Shown: positions 48,562-61,225, numbered from the stretch's first letter. The stretch is DNA of 64,000 bases from Paraspadella gotoi (GCA_051294375.1 CM119265.1:18896631-18960630); one strand, 5' to 3'. The notes: generated from the letters alone by a model not told the origin. Made by a program: numbers and translations.

Positions 48562-49900
48562 AAGACAAAAATCGCCATCTTTTTGTTTTCTTCGGTTTCT
48601 TATTTATTTTTATTATCACTGAATTTCTTCGCCAAAGGCGGCCCTACTTCAAGAATTAGGTAGTTATCAAAACTGAACACTAAGTGCATCTAGTCTGGCT
48701 TTATTCCGTCCATTTTTATAATTTTCACATACATCGCCAATCGCCAACCCTGATATCTGTGATATCGTTTATAAAAACAGAATTGTTCTTTGGAACTTGT
48801 TGATCATGTGTTGGTGCCACTTTAGTCGCACTATATTTAATAATACAACATCCACACAATAATTAAGTTTTTTTTTATAATTAGGATAACTTTAGTCGGT
48901 TTAAAATTTTAATCTTGGATGTATTTTCAAGATTAAATTTACAGTAGTCATGAGTTATGAGCTCTAAACTGTATCATTATTGATATGAAATAAAATTCTC
49001 ATATATTAATTTTTTATGTTACAAAGAAACTATGTAGTCGTAATATAAAGGTTTTCCTGTTGAGTTACAAACAAATAGTCAAATATATATAATTAAACTA
49101 TAGTTAACTAGACGGATGAAAAAATAAAATGCCAGGCAAAATTTAAAAATATATTATCCAATAAATTTTTTTTTAGTTTTGGCCGAAAGTTTAAAATACG
49201 TATTTAATTTACTGTATCGTGCAAAGCACATTTGGGTGCGAGAGGAAAAACAAAAGGTTATGAAAACTTCTAGAAAAGAAATCACGGACTGGGTTAGTTC
49301 AGGTAAGTTCCAATCCCTGAATCTAAGATAAAGTCAAGTGCAGTATGGAAATTGGAATGTTTTCTGAATTACTAACAAATGAACATCGATATTAAAATTA
49401 AGCACATGAGACACATTGTTGTTGCCACACACACAAAAAATCGTCAAAAATGGTTTTCGCCAGAGACTTTTAGACTTAGCTTAGACTTTTATATCTTTCA
49501 AACGAGTATAACATAAATTTTTATAAAGATTTTATCAACGCCACGGAAGCGTTACTTTTTCTTCCGAACAAAAGGTGAGGACCTCGTCCGTTGAAATGTC
49601 GTGCTCTGTGGGGACGCGGCTTTCGTGTTCTCCACCCGGGGCAAAAAAGTATGTTGGTCAACTCAGAACACGAACCTGACCAGATCGAATGTCGTCGGCA
49701 GCCATGGAATTATTCCATTCGGCGCCGGAGGTAAACAAAAATAGCTGACTCGGCTAAAAAGGACGAAGTTGTTCTTTGCAATTGCAGCATTGACATTTCC
49801 ATCCGGAATCCGGATGTCTGCTTCTTGATTAATGAACTCGCCTAAATCGTCCGAAGCCTCGGGTTTTCTGTAAAAATATATGTTGGTTTTTCGAAAAAAA

Positions 49901-50777
49901 ATGACGGAAAATTATAACGAAGATAAAAAATCGGATATGAAATCGAGAACTCCGAGTTTACCTCCTATTGTCACACCGTCGGTGCCACCGGACTCAGCAA
50001 CGCTGACGCTAGCGCCACCGCCTCCTCGGATGAACGTACTTAGACCGGAAACCCCGAACAAGAGAACCGTCGCCATGGAAACAGAGGAGGCTCACTGGCG
50101 CAATCAAGAAAGAACGCGATCTATGCAAACTCGACAGCAGCAGAGTGAGACACCTCGGCCTTAGAGACCCCACGTGGTTCGCGGTCGGATTAAGAACTAC
50201 GTACCTTAAATTTTTTACCCTCTAATCAGATTTTCACGAACAATGGGCCCGTCCAGTGTACGGCTCGCCAGTTTCGCAGGAGAGTTACAGGAAACACATC
50301 CGGGATACTTTAAAGTTTCAAATGGACGAAAGGTGGAGGCTCATTCTTATCATTTTTCATTCAATTATCTCAGGAAATAAAAACCATTAGTCGCTCAGTG
50401 GTTGGTTGATTGTGGCAAATGTTGAGCAATTAAATATACATTATTTTTAAATTTGCAATCGTAGGAATATAATAGCGTTTTTCCTTTTTTTTAATATTTA
50501 AATGATTTTAACCGCCAGAGAAAAGCAGTGGCGTCAAACGAGTCGATACAAGATCCATGAAACCGAGCTGGCGCTTCACAACGATAATCAAAGTCGCGTC
50601 ATCGATTCCGCCGCCAAGCGACAGAAACTAGAATACTTGAAGCAATTTCGCGACGAGAACAAAAGGCTAATGGAAGTGCGGGAGCAGCAGAAAAAAATAC
50701 AAGTCGTCATTGATCACGGAAGAGAGAGGGAGATATTGAGATACAATCCGATCAACTGGAGCTGCTCGCTCAAGTGA
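49901..50777 (+). CDS. Uncharacterised charged coiled-coil protein, 3 exons
   Basis: Exons ~49901-50144, ~50230-50332, ~50519-50777 with GT-AG boundaries give a continuous frame ending ...YLKQFRDENKRLME...REILRYNPINWSCSLK. Confidence 0.7.
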
Positions 50778-51298
50778 TTGCCCAATCATCAAGTTAAACG
50801 TTGCGCAAGACCTTTCTTAAAAATTTTCTAAATTTTGTACCATACTCTGTTCGATAAATATTATCATTATGGTTAATAACCATTGGTTATGATGTTATAC
50901 AAATGCTCCTTACCTTCTGGCTGTTTTCTTGCGTTACGTACTAGATGCTTTCAAATAAATCAGAAATTATTAAAGTTCCGTTTATTTTAATACCTAAGGT
51001 ATATGTTCGATTAAATTAATAAGTACGGGTTGATGAAGCCTCTCAAATGGTGAAACAACAAAAAACATGTAATACTAATAGATCATAATGTCGATGATGC
51101 TTTGTAGTGCGCCTTTAAAAGAGATTTACAATTTTCCGGGAATTCAATATACAACAGTCAAATTGGTCCAGATCAAATAAAAGGAGGAATTTAAGCGTTG
51201 TCAACAACAGAAAAATTCTTTTGCAAATGCGTTTTTAAAAAAGTATCTTCTTGTTTATTATTCTCCTCGCTAAAATAGATGGTTGCGCTCCCGCGGTT

Positions 51299-54188
51299 TT
51301 ACTTCCGGGCCGGGTAAGTATATTCGCAGATGGCACCGAGTGGATTGGTGCAGATCAGATCGTTCCAGTTGAACCCGAACGAAGCGCGAAGCTCCAAACA
51401 GTTCTCGACGCGAGCGCCGTTTGGTTCGGCTGAGAATGAATAAGGCCAATATCAAAAAGGGAAGTTAATCCCTCTAAATTAGCTTTAACTTACCGGGACT
51501 CCACTTTGTATAACCGGTGATTGGTTGATCGGTTGATTGCCAAATCCAATGGGCTTCTTCTTGCTGATCCGTTCCAGAGGTCCAGTAAGAGCGCGTCCTC
51601 AGCCCTGGACGATCTTTGATGTACTCGGACAAGAATCTGCGGGAAAATATCGTAAATCGATAAAAATTACAAACAAAAACTTTCTTGAAACACAAGTGTA
51701 CTTGTGTTCGTCCGGCGATTCGATGGCAACGAGATCGGCTCCGTTGTCCTTGCAAGCCGCCCGGGCGTCGGCTTGGGTGTTAGGCATCAACAAAAACTTG
51801 TAGCAAGAGAACATTCCTGGTGGTGCCGGAATGAATCCTTCCGGGCAGTCCTTTCGGACGGCACTTTTTAGACCTTGGATGGCTCTGCGGAAAAAAATTT
51901 TAAAATGCGCTTAAATCTTCAGCTTCAATTCGATTTGAACGGCAACCGAAAAAGTGAAAATCTCTCGAAAGGCTCACGAGTTCATATGCCCCATCCTTCG
52001 GTTGAGGTCATCGAGGGAAACGTTGACATGACCCTTGACCCCGCTGTGGAGGTCGCTGAGAAATTTAAAGTCATCGTCGCGCGTCTTCTTGATGTTATCG
52101 ATGTGACCCGCGTGAGTTTTCAAGGCCCCGCCGTGATTCTCTACCGTCTCGCCCAAGTCAAGTAATTTCCCTTCGAGGCCAACCTAGTATTTTGAATTTC
52201 ATTTTATATCTCTTTTTTCATTAATTTATTTATTTCTGTTTCTTACCTGGTCGGACTTGAAGCCGTCGAGCCTCTGCTTCTGCAATTCCAACAATCCGGT
52301 CAGTATGTCCGTTTTGTTCTGACTCTCGGCCAAATACTGAGCCAATTTGTTGTCGTCTTCTTTAAGCTTATCGCCTTCCTCTTTCAGCTCCTTGATCTGC
52401 CTGGACTGTTCCCGGATTAGCGCCAGCAGCTCGTCCGCGTTGTTCGAGCCTTGCGACACGGAGTTCATCAGTTGGGAGTCGGCAGCTTTCAAGGCCTGCG
52501 TCGCCGAGGCAAGATCCGCGGTCTTCGACTCCAGACCGTTTAAGCCTGGATAAAGATAGGTGAGTTCGAACGGTTTTAAAGATTTTTAAATTTGAAAAGG
52601 TATATAAATGCGCAAAGAATGACAAAACGATCGGAAAATATTTCATTTTAGAATATTTTTTATCGTCTACCTTTCGCCATATCGGCGGCGCCCTTCTCGG
52701 CGGCTCCCATCCTCTGTTTCAGATCCTTCGTAGAGTCAAAGAGCTGCTTCAACCGGTTCTCCTGCTCCTGGCGCAGTTTCCGGTCGAGTTTGTCCAGCTC
52801 CTCCAGATCTCCGATGCGGTTGGCGTGGTCCTCGACCGTCTTCGTCAAGAGGTTGATTTCCTCTCGTTGCGTCAAGAGGTCGTTTCCGTGAATCTCCGCC
52901 ATGAGCACCAAACCGGAGATGTTGAAGCGGAGCAGAGTGATCTCGTCCTGAGGAAGAAATCATCGATATGACGTTTTGTTATTTTACTCATTAATAATAC
53001 CCTCATTTGTTTTGCTTGTTTTTAGAAAAAGGTACAGTTTAAGATTGCAAATACTGTTAAATTATATCACATCATTTATTCAGTTTTAAAACTGTGGATA
53101 AACAGTCCTTATTTTTATAACTTCCCGAAACTTTTCACGCTCGGTCAAAATTTGTCGAGATCACCTTGAGTTTCTGGTCGGCCGCCCTGAGCGACCCGTC
53201 GGCGGCGCGGAGGTCGTCCACGCTCTCGTGGACGTGGGAGTCGGTGCTCCTCAGCTCCTTGATGGCTTCTTCTTGCTCCTGGGCGATCATGCGGATGTTG
53301 CTCGTCATGTCTGTCAAGTTGTAGATCATCTGCTCCAGCGTCTGGTCGCGGTCCATGGCCGCCATGGAGATGGAGCGAAGCTGGGCGCCAAGATCCACGA
53401 TGCGGTCGGCCTTGATTGATTAACAGTAAATTAGAAACCTTGTTAATGACAAAAAGATGTTAAATTTAATTTAAAATCAACTGCTACATTGGCAAATGAT
53501 TATCATTTAATTATGTTTTATGAGGTCGATGCCAGTTACAGTGGAACGGACAGAAATGGTCTTCTTATTGAAGAGAATAATTAGTTAATCTCTCTGGGAC
53601 CTGCTGATCGGCGAGGGCCTGCATTTGCTGGGCGAACTTGGAGAATTCCCCGTCAGTATTGCCCAGCGAATCCGTGGTAGCCATCAGTTCAGTTGCCAGC
53701 TTTTCCATGGCCTTTTTCAGCCTCTTGATGCTGTGCGAGTGCTGGTTGAGCTCGCCACCGATTAGCGAGAGTGCAGAACCCACGTTCATCGAAGTGTCAG
53801 ACTTTTCTTCTTCCGGAAACAAGTTCAGCGCCCGAGAGGCGTCGTTGCTCGGCGCGGCGGCGTCGTCCATCGGCTTCTTAGCCGCGGAGTCGGCGTCACG
53901 CCGGAAACGTGAGCGCCGCGTGTGACGCTTGGAGCGACGAAGAGGCGATGGAGAAACAGCCTCGGCCGTTTCTTTTGGAGCGCAATAGCGCTTGTAGAAG
54001 CGGACAAAAGCTGGGTCGTCCTCGTCGGGTATGGCGGATCGAAGGGCGTTGACGAGCGACTGGAGGGAAGCCACGGAAGTCTGTAGTCGCCGCTGTCGGA
54101 TGCGAACGTCTCCGCCAAAGGGATCGGAACCGGAGACGACGATGGATGCCGCGGAAAGAGCGGCGATAGTCAAAACGGCCGACAACAT
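51299..54188 (-). CDS. Secreted coiled-coil C-type lectin (EPN/WND type), multi-exon
   Basis: Signal peptide MLSAVLTIAALSAASIVVSG; heptad-rich middle exons; CTLD CPEGF...SCYKF...ARAAC...LVAIES...YWTSG...W; last exon EPNGARVENCLEL...NWNDLIC...ICE. Confidence 0.9.
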
Positions 54189-54690
54189 TGTCGATCGAGA
54201 AGAAAGGTGGAGGAGATAAACTTCTTTTTTTTTTTGTATCGACGAAGAACTTTAATTCTCTCTCCGAATCTTTCATTAGCCGCGAATGAACTGAGGGGCC
54301 GAACGTTGGCGGCTTTGAAGGAGGCGCCTTCGACGTCGACGACGATGATGACGTCGACGACGTTCGTCCTCTTCGCCGGTTTCGTTCGTCGTCGATCTCT
54401 GGGGTTTCCGATGACGTTCGTTGATCGGGAGTTTGACGGGTTCTGATTGGAGGACGCGTTCAGCGACGCTCTTTTCGATTGGGCGACGGAGGTGAAACGT
54501 TCACCGAAAAGATTCACTCATCGACGATCGCTGATTGGTTTGAATTCAATTATTCGCTATTGACTATTGGCTGAGAACTTCGCTCATGGGTCGTAAATCC
54601 GATGGGAGACAAGTAACCCCGGGGTTTTTTTTTCGGAAGAGAAAACAAAGAACTACCGGGTGTCCAAGGAATATTATCTCTCTCTCTCTC

Positions 54691-54726
<36 letters not shown>

Positions 54727-55417
54727 TTCTTCTCTCTCGTCATCTCTCTCTCTCTCTCTCACACTCACATTTTGGACGTTCCCGTGTTCCTGACTTCCTA
54801 TTATCGCAAACACTAGGGGATGCTGAAAAGCGATTAATGTCCCCGGCGGGGTGCGTGAGGGGGGAATGCACGAAAAAAAAGTAAGGGGGAACCAATGCAC
54901 AGAGTGATAAAGATCTAGGTTAATACCCAGCCAGTGGATCACAATAAAAAAATATTTTATTATTTTTATTATGAATTTTCCTAAATTTACTCGGATCGAA
55001 AACGAAAATGAGAAGGAAAAAGGCCTGTCACGTGCTTCTAAAGTTTTCCAGATTGTATCTACATCATACCTGTAACTTACCCGAAGGTCCTAAAACCATG
55101 AAAGGACTCGTACAAAAATTTAAAATTAAAAAGTCAACTTTATATCTTTGTGATGAAAGTCGTTTAATATCGTATTTCTGGCGAATTTCACTTAAAAATA
55201 AATCAAAGTTGACCTCATAATTAACGCTATCCAACCAACTGCCTCTCAACTGCAATATTTCATCTTTTGTAACCGAAGAATTACCCATCACCCAATGATT
55301 CCAGAGGCATCGTTTTCAATTCGTCATAATTGATTCAAAATTTGTTTGTAAATCATAAAGCTTACTTATACTAACCAATTTTTATTGCGTTTTTCCAAAT
55401 GGAACCGGGATTCTTCT

Positions 55418-55582
55418 GGCTCCTTCTCACCACTGTAGTTTGCTCTTTTGTTCCAGATGTCGTGTTGTCCACAGAAAGGGACAAAAGAAAAAACGGAAAA
55501 GCAGGACTCCTCCTGCTCTTCCTCCTCCTCCTCTTCCTCCTCTCAGATACTAGCTCAGGGAAAGCGAACGCCACGAAATCAC
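55418..55582. repeat. DIRS inverted terminal repeat (left)
   Basis: Reverse complement of 60420-60581 with small indels (e.g. CTCAGATACTAGCTCAG / CTGAGCTAGTATCTGAG). Confidence 0.9.
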
Positions 55583-58500
55583 TCAGTCCACAAGACCATC
55601 TGAGAGAGACTCCACGCCGACTCCCGACAGTAGAAACGGAAGAAGGTCTGTCTCCAGACCAATCCCTGCAGTAAATATACGTCCAGAATCCACGCCCTTG
55701 GCAAAAAGCTTCCGATACAGCCATGCAGACCGTGTCGAGCAGGTGGGCGCGTCGTCGATGTCCGCATCTCCAAGATCGACTTGAGAATCGATGAAAAAGT
55801 TGGAGAGATAATGGACCATAAGGAGGCGTTGGAGAAGTAAAGAGGAAATCGTGGTTGAGGTCGCAAATCCTGACGAACACGAAGCCAAAAAACCAAAGCA
55901 GAGACTGGCAACGACTTGAGCCATGCAGTCTATCAAACGAAAAGCAGGACCAAGACGACGAAACTATCAGTCTTGGACAGTTGAGAAGGCACAAAACGAA
56001 CGTTGGTCAGCAGCCAAATCCATGGTGACAGGTCCACAACGAAGCGAAAGCCAAACTCTGAAGGCCTTCTTGCAGAGGCCATGCAAGGAGGAAAATGTTA
56101 CTCCTCAAACAATGAGCCGGAGAAAAGGTAGAGGCGAAGTATCAAAAACTCGCAGAACTGCGGCGACACTCAAGCCGGGGAACATCCTGCGCGAAGGAGG
56201 GCGTTTTGGAAGACACCCTTCAGCAAACGGCAGACCAAAGATGTTGACCCACTGGAGAACCATCCACATAGGCAAAGTAGCGGAGATAGCCGATCTGTGC
56301 AAAATTCACTGTGCTGTTAAGACAGACCGTCGCGCTGAGATGGGGGAGATACTCGAGAACGTCCTTCAAAGCGGCCTGATGTCCTCGAAGGCCCCTACGC
56401 TGAAGGAAGGAGTCAAAAACATCGCCAGACCCTGTCGTAACGGCATCCTGTAGATCCCTCCAGCTGTCGGAGATTAGGAAAAAGCTGAGTTGTTGAGGTC
56501 TTGGAGACCGTGCGCCCTCCTATAATCCTCAGACGACCAACTTGAGGCGATCCGAGAGCTTGGGAGGAGCGTCCGTGGCTTTGTCCAACACCAATCGACG
56601 AGACCACGGGAGACGAAGAACTCCAACACCCGAAGAGTCAACAACAACGGGAACCATTTTCTGGCTGGCCAAAAGGGCGTCACCAGAAGAAAATTCCCCT
56701 TGGCCTCCTCAACTTGAGGATCACCTTCGGATCAAGGGAGAGGGGGAAACACGTAAGCCTGTCGAAAATCCAAACTTGACTGAGGGCATCCAGTCCGAGA
56801 ATCCTCTCCATCTTCCAAGAGAAGTAGCGAGGAACTTGACGGAGGAGACGCCGTCGCAAACAGATCTATCTGGGGCAAACCCAGACGCGTCGAAATCCGT
56901 CGAAAAACTTGGGGAGAGAGATGCCAATCCTGAAACGCTCTTCGCGTGATGCTGCATCCGCGATCAAATTCTCCTCCGATGAAATGTGCGTCCCCACAAT
57001 TGTGATCTGCAGAGACTGAGCCAGAAGGAGAGAAATCCTGACAACTTCGTGAAGATCCTGTGAGCGGCTGCAGGAGCGGCGGAGACAAACCAGAGACACT
57101 AAGCTGTCGGTCTTCCACAAAAGATTGCGCCTGGATCTGCTGACCGAAGGAACGCAGACTGAGCAGGACCATGAACTCCTTCACAGTTATATGGAGATGG
57201 GCATCCACAACTTCCCAAATCCCCGGTGAAGAGCCCCGCGAAACAGGAAGCCCCAACCCTCCTGGGAGCATCCGTCGTCACTTCCGCCGTGCAAGAATCC
57301 GGGAGAACATCGGCGATCGGACAAAGCCATCCTGGATCTCGAGCTTTGACATCCAACGTAGCTCCACTCTCGCCGGCCTCCGAAAGAAGACTGTCTTCCC
57401 CAGGATCCTTCTCCGTGGAGTAGACACGATTGACGTCGCGTTGAATCCTTGCCCTCTGCAAACGAATGAGCGGGACTGCCAAAGAGGCTGCGGTCGCAAG
57501 ACCCAGCAGGCGAAAACCTGAAAGGGCTGATGGAGTGGGCCTCTAGCAGGAGAGAGGTCGGCCATCTCCGCGAAAAGTGACAAAATCTTCGTCCAAGGGA
57601 GCGCAACTCGATGAAGCGCCCCCCGTCCCATTGGAGACCCAAGAACTGAAAGACTTGCGTCGGAACCAAGACTGACTTCTTGGGATGATGAGAAACCCGC
57701 ATCCTTCAAGAGTCGAAGAGCTGTGAGAGTGTTCACCAGACACTCCTCTGCGAGGTCCCAGTATCAGAATATCGTCTATGTAGAAAAGGCACTGATGCCC
57801 TCTTGCGGAGCCAGGCGACTAACGGGCGTGTCGTCTTGGTGAAACAGCCAAGGACCGGTTCAGCCAAACCGAAAGGAAGGACTTTGTACTGATTAAACGC
57901 GCCCTCTCCAAATGAAACCGACAAACTTGCGATGATCCACATGAAGAGGCAAGTGGAGATAGGCGTCGCGAAGATCGATAGACGACGCCCAGTCCCCCGG
58001 AAAGAACCATTCTTCCGATACATTCTTGACAACCTTCCATCCGGAAGTAAGGAGGGACAATGAAGGACTTGTTGAGCTTCTTCAAATTTAGAATTGGCCT
58101 CCATCCCCCATCTTTTTTGGGAACCAGAAAAATCTTGGAATAAATAACCCCGGAGAAAGCTCCACCTCCTCCACGGCGCCCTTTCCAAAGCTGCCGCTAT
58201 CTCGTTCGTCGATGAGAGAGTCCCTGTCCCCAAAAGAAGGGGTCTCGTCCGAAGGGAGAGGCATCCTGGTAGGGATCCTGTTTGCTCCTGCAATGAGGAA
58301 CCCTTCCACGTTTTGTAGAATAGGAGAATCCTGTCCGACCAAATCCGCCCAAACGGGGACGAAGTGTTGCAAACGCCCTCCCACCGGGAAGGTGGAAGAC
58401 GGGCCGGAGAAGACAAAATCGAGTCCTGGACAGATCCATGGTCTTGATGTCCAAAGTGGCCGGGCGACGGCCGAGGCGGCGAAAGGAGTCATTTGGGAGT

Positions 58501-59595
58501 CCTTCGACGCGCCCATCCCCCCTTCCCGAACGCCTAAAAGGGACGCGGACTTGCGATAAGGCTTGTAGGAACCCCTGGACTTAGCAAAAACTTCTTCCGC
58601 GGAGCTGCATTATTTTCTGGGGCGAAAACGCTTGAGCCTTGAAAAGAGAGGAATGGATAGCCGCAGAAACCTCCGTTCGACGATTCCAAAATAAAAATCC
58701 ACAGAAGGAGGGGAATCCGTCAGTTTAGCTTTAAGCTCCTTCGGAGAAGACTGCACTACCAGACGTCGAGATTCAGCCAAAGCTGAATTAAAAAGAAACG
58801 CCGACATTGAAGCTGCATTCCTTGAAGTGGAGCACCAAAGTCTCCAAATCCAAAATAAGTTCGGGATCTGCGCCGAAGCTTTGAGAGACGCAATTGATAA
58901 TACTTGAGGCCTTCTGCAGTGTGAAGGACAGAATGAGCACGGCCCCTGCATCTCTCATAGAGCGAGTGAGCTGCTTGAAAAAGAGCAGCCGATTTTGCGA
59001 TCCTTGGAAACGGCATCAAATTGTGCAGAGACACAAGTATCCTTCATGGGAGGTCCAAAGACAGCAGGGGAAGATCCATCAACCCATCGAGCATAAATAG
59101 ATCTGCCTGTGACCGGGCTCCCCAACCCTTGGCGAGCGTCCGGAGAACAACAGAACGCAGCTCCTTCCATGCTGACACATCCCACTCCGAAGGAACTGAT
59201 GCAGTCTTGCGTTTGGAATAAAGTCTCAAATCCCACTGGAGCATCAGAAGTGGAAGAGAGTTCGCCTTCCTCCGAACCAGATGAATCATCGTCCGGTGCA
59301 ATGGCATTTGCAGAAGTAGATTGAGACGAACTAACTCATATCCGACTTAGGAAGAGCCGGGTTAGCATGACAAGTCCTTTGGCGCAGAAGCGCGGACTTG
59401 ATCACTGGAAACGAATCAGCAGCAGCAGTAGAAGGTTGATGCGGAGACAAAAGTGAAATTCCAGGAGCCATGAACATCGTACATGAAAAGGAAAAAGAAA
59501 AAATTGATTAGAATAAGCGCAAACCAAAAAGACAAAAACCCGAAGCCGCCCTTCCACCACCGGTGGTTTGCCAGGGGTGGACGGCGGGAGACCAC

Positions 59596-59678
59596 GTGGG
59601 GAGAGGAGCCATGAAGAATCCGGTTCCATTTGGAACCATAAAATTCTATTCATGTCGCTCCTCTCCACCACGTAGTTG
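59596..59678. other. DIRS internal complementary region (ICR)
   Basis: 59596-59635 is complementary to the left terminus (55393-55433) and 59640-59678 to the right terminus (60560-60596), i.e. the reverse complement of the circle junction. Confidence 0.88.
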
Positions 59679-60419
59679 CTCCAATAACAAGAGCGGCCGA
59701 GGATAAAAACAAAGAAACAAGACAAAGTCGAATTGGTGAGACGAAAATAATCGAAAAAATTTCACTAATGTATGCCAAAAAGGCAAAAATCACAAATAAA
59801 AGAACATCAACTCACCGTTGCCACGAAGCCATATCCGATCGCAAGGAACGTTGAAACTCCTCCCACTGCTGCTGAAAGAAGGCGGAAGCCCTCCTGTATT
59901 ATGCCAAGTGATTCGTTTCACGCTAAGAGCCGAGTCCTTAGTAGGCGAATGCCACCACGTCTCTCCCTACCACCATACGCCGATAGAATAAGTCGGTGCA
60001 CCCCGGCCTCGAGCCCACCAGGGAAAGAACCCAGCGGGCGGGGGTCGCGGACCTCGGCGGCGCCCTAGCGGCATGTCCACCGCGGGAGAAACAGAGGCCG
60101 TTACGGGAGGTGGAGGAGGCGGAGACAGGCCCCTAAAACGTCGCGGCGGCTCCGGAGTCAGACCCATTCCGGCCCGCTCGCCTCGCTTTTGACCGCTTTT
60201 TACGCGGGCTCGATTTCGTTTGCGAGACTCGGACATCTTAGCACATAAACCGAAAACGACTTCGAGATTCACCCCAAAACTGAATCGAAACAACTCTCGG
60301 AAGGGAAAAAAGAATTTCCGTATATCAAATTATTTTCCAAAAAAATAATGCGAAAAAAATTTTCAAAAATTTCAAAAATATTCAAAAATCTGTGAACGAC
60401 AAGTCGTGAACAAAAAAAA

Positions 60420-60581
60420 GTGATTTCGTGGCGTTCGCTTTTCACTGAGCTAGTATCTGAGAGGGAAGGAGGAGGAGGCAGGAGAGGCAGGAGGATCCTG
60501 CTTTTCCGTTTTTCTTTTGTCCTTTCTTGTGGACAACACGACATCTGGAACAAAAGAACAAACTACGTGGTGTGAGAGGGC
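60420..60581. repeat. DIRS inverted terminal repeat (right)
   Basis: Reverse complement of 55418-55582. Confidence 0.9.
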
Positions 60582-60917
60582 GACATGATAGAATTTGTGC
60601 CTGTTTGAGAAAGCGAAAGTGACCCATCCCCTTGATTGAATCGACCAATGTTAACTTTATGACAATGGATCAAAAGAGATGTGGCCGCCTAATCGTGCGC
60701 CGCTTTCCGGAAAACGCTGCCGAGCGAAAAGATTCTCCTCAATGTGATATTGTGAACTTTCCCTTCCGTCCTCGTTCTTCGCCGTGGCTCGGCAGCGCCG
60801 AAGCGGGGAGGCGATCGAGTGACATCTGGATCGGACACCAGCGGCGCCAAAAGCCGTTAGGGTGTCACCAAATTTGTAGTTTCGATCGCAGGCGGGGACC
60901 TGGCTCGAAAAATCCGA

Positions 60918-60963
60918 CTCTCTCTCTTCTCTCTCTCTTCTCTCTCTCTTCTCTCTTCTCTCT

Positions 60964-61005
<42 letters not shown>

Positions 61006-61054
61006 ATTTTAGATGTAATTTTAAATTCGGAAAAAGTCGAAAAAAGCCTGCAAT

Positions 61055-61118
<64 letters not shown>

Positions 61119-61186
61119 TTCCTGTATTTAGAATAGATGTAATTTTAAATTCGGAAAAAGTAAAAAAAAAAGCCTGCAATTGCTCT

Positions 61187-61220
<34 letters not shown>

Positions 61221-61225
61221 TTTCT

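Larger units (their letters stand above)
55393..60596 (-). mobile_element. DIRS1-like tyrosine-recombinase retrotransposon, full length, ORFs frameshifted
   Basis: Minus-strand RT motifs (YFRME, SIDLRDAYLHLP, VLPFGL, YIDDIL), RNase H (TDA/SQEGWG, HITVKE), methyltransferase-like segment (PQIDLFAT, YVFPP, PFWPARKWFPLL), YR-type end (TFFRFY); imperfect ITRs ~55418-55582 and 60420-60581; ICR at 59596-59678. Confidence 0.92.

Noticed and set aside
51030-51060. Third hammerhead-like motif TTGATGAAGCC...GGTGAAAC
   Set aside because: First core base is T, stem II is only 3 bp, and no cleavage triplet or helix I follows.
55583-59400. Programmed frameshifting or recoding in the DIRS ORFs
   Set aside because: Frameshifts are numerous and scattered, and ITR/ICR copies differ mostly by single-base indels, which fits decay or uncorrected long-read error.
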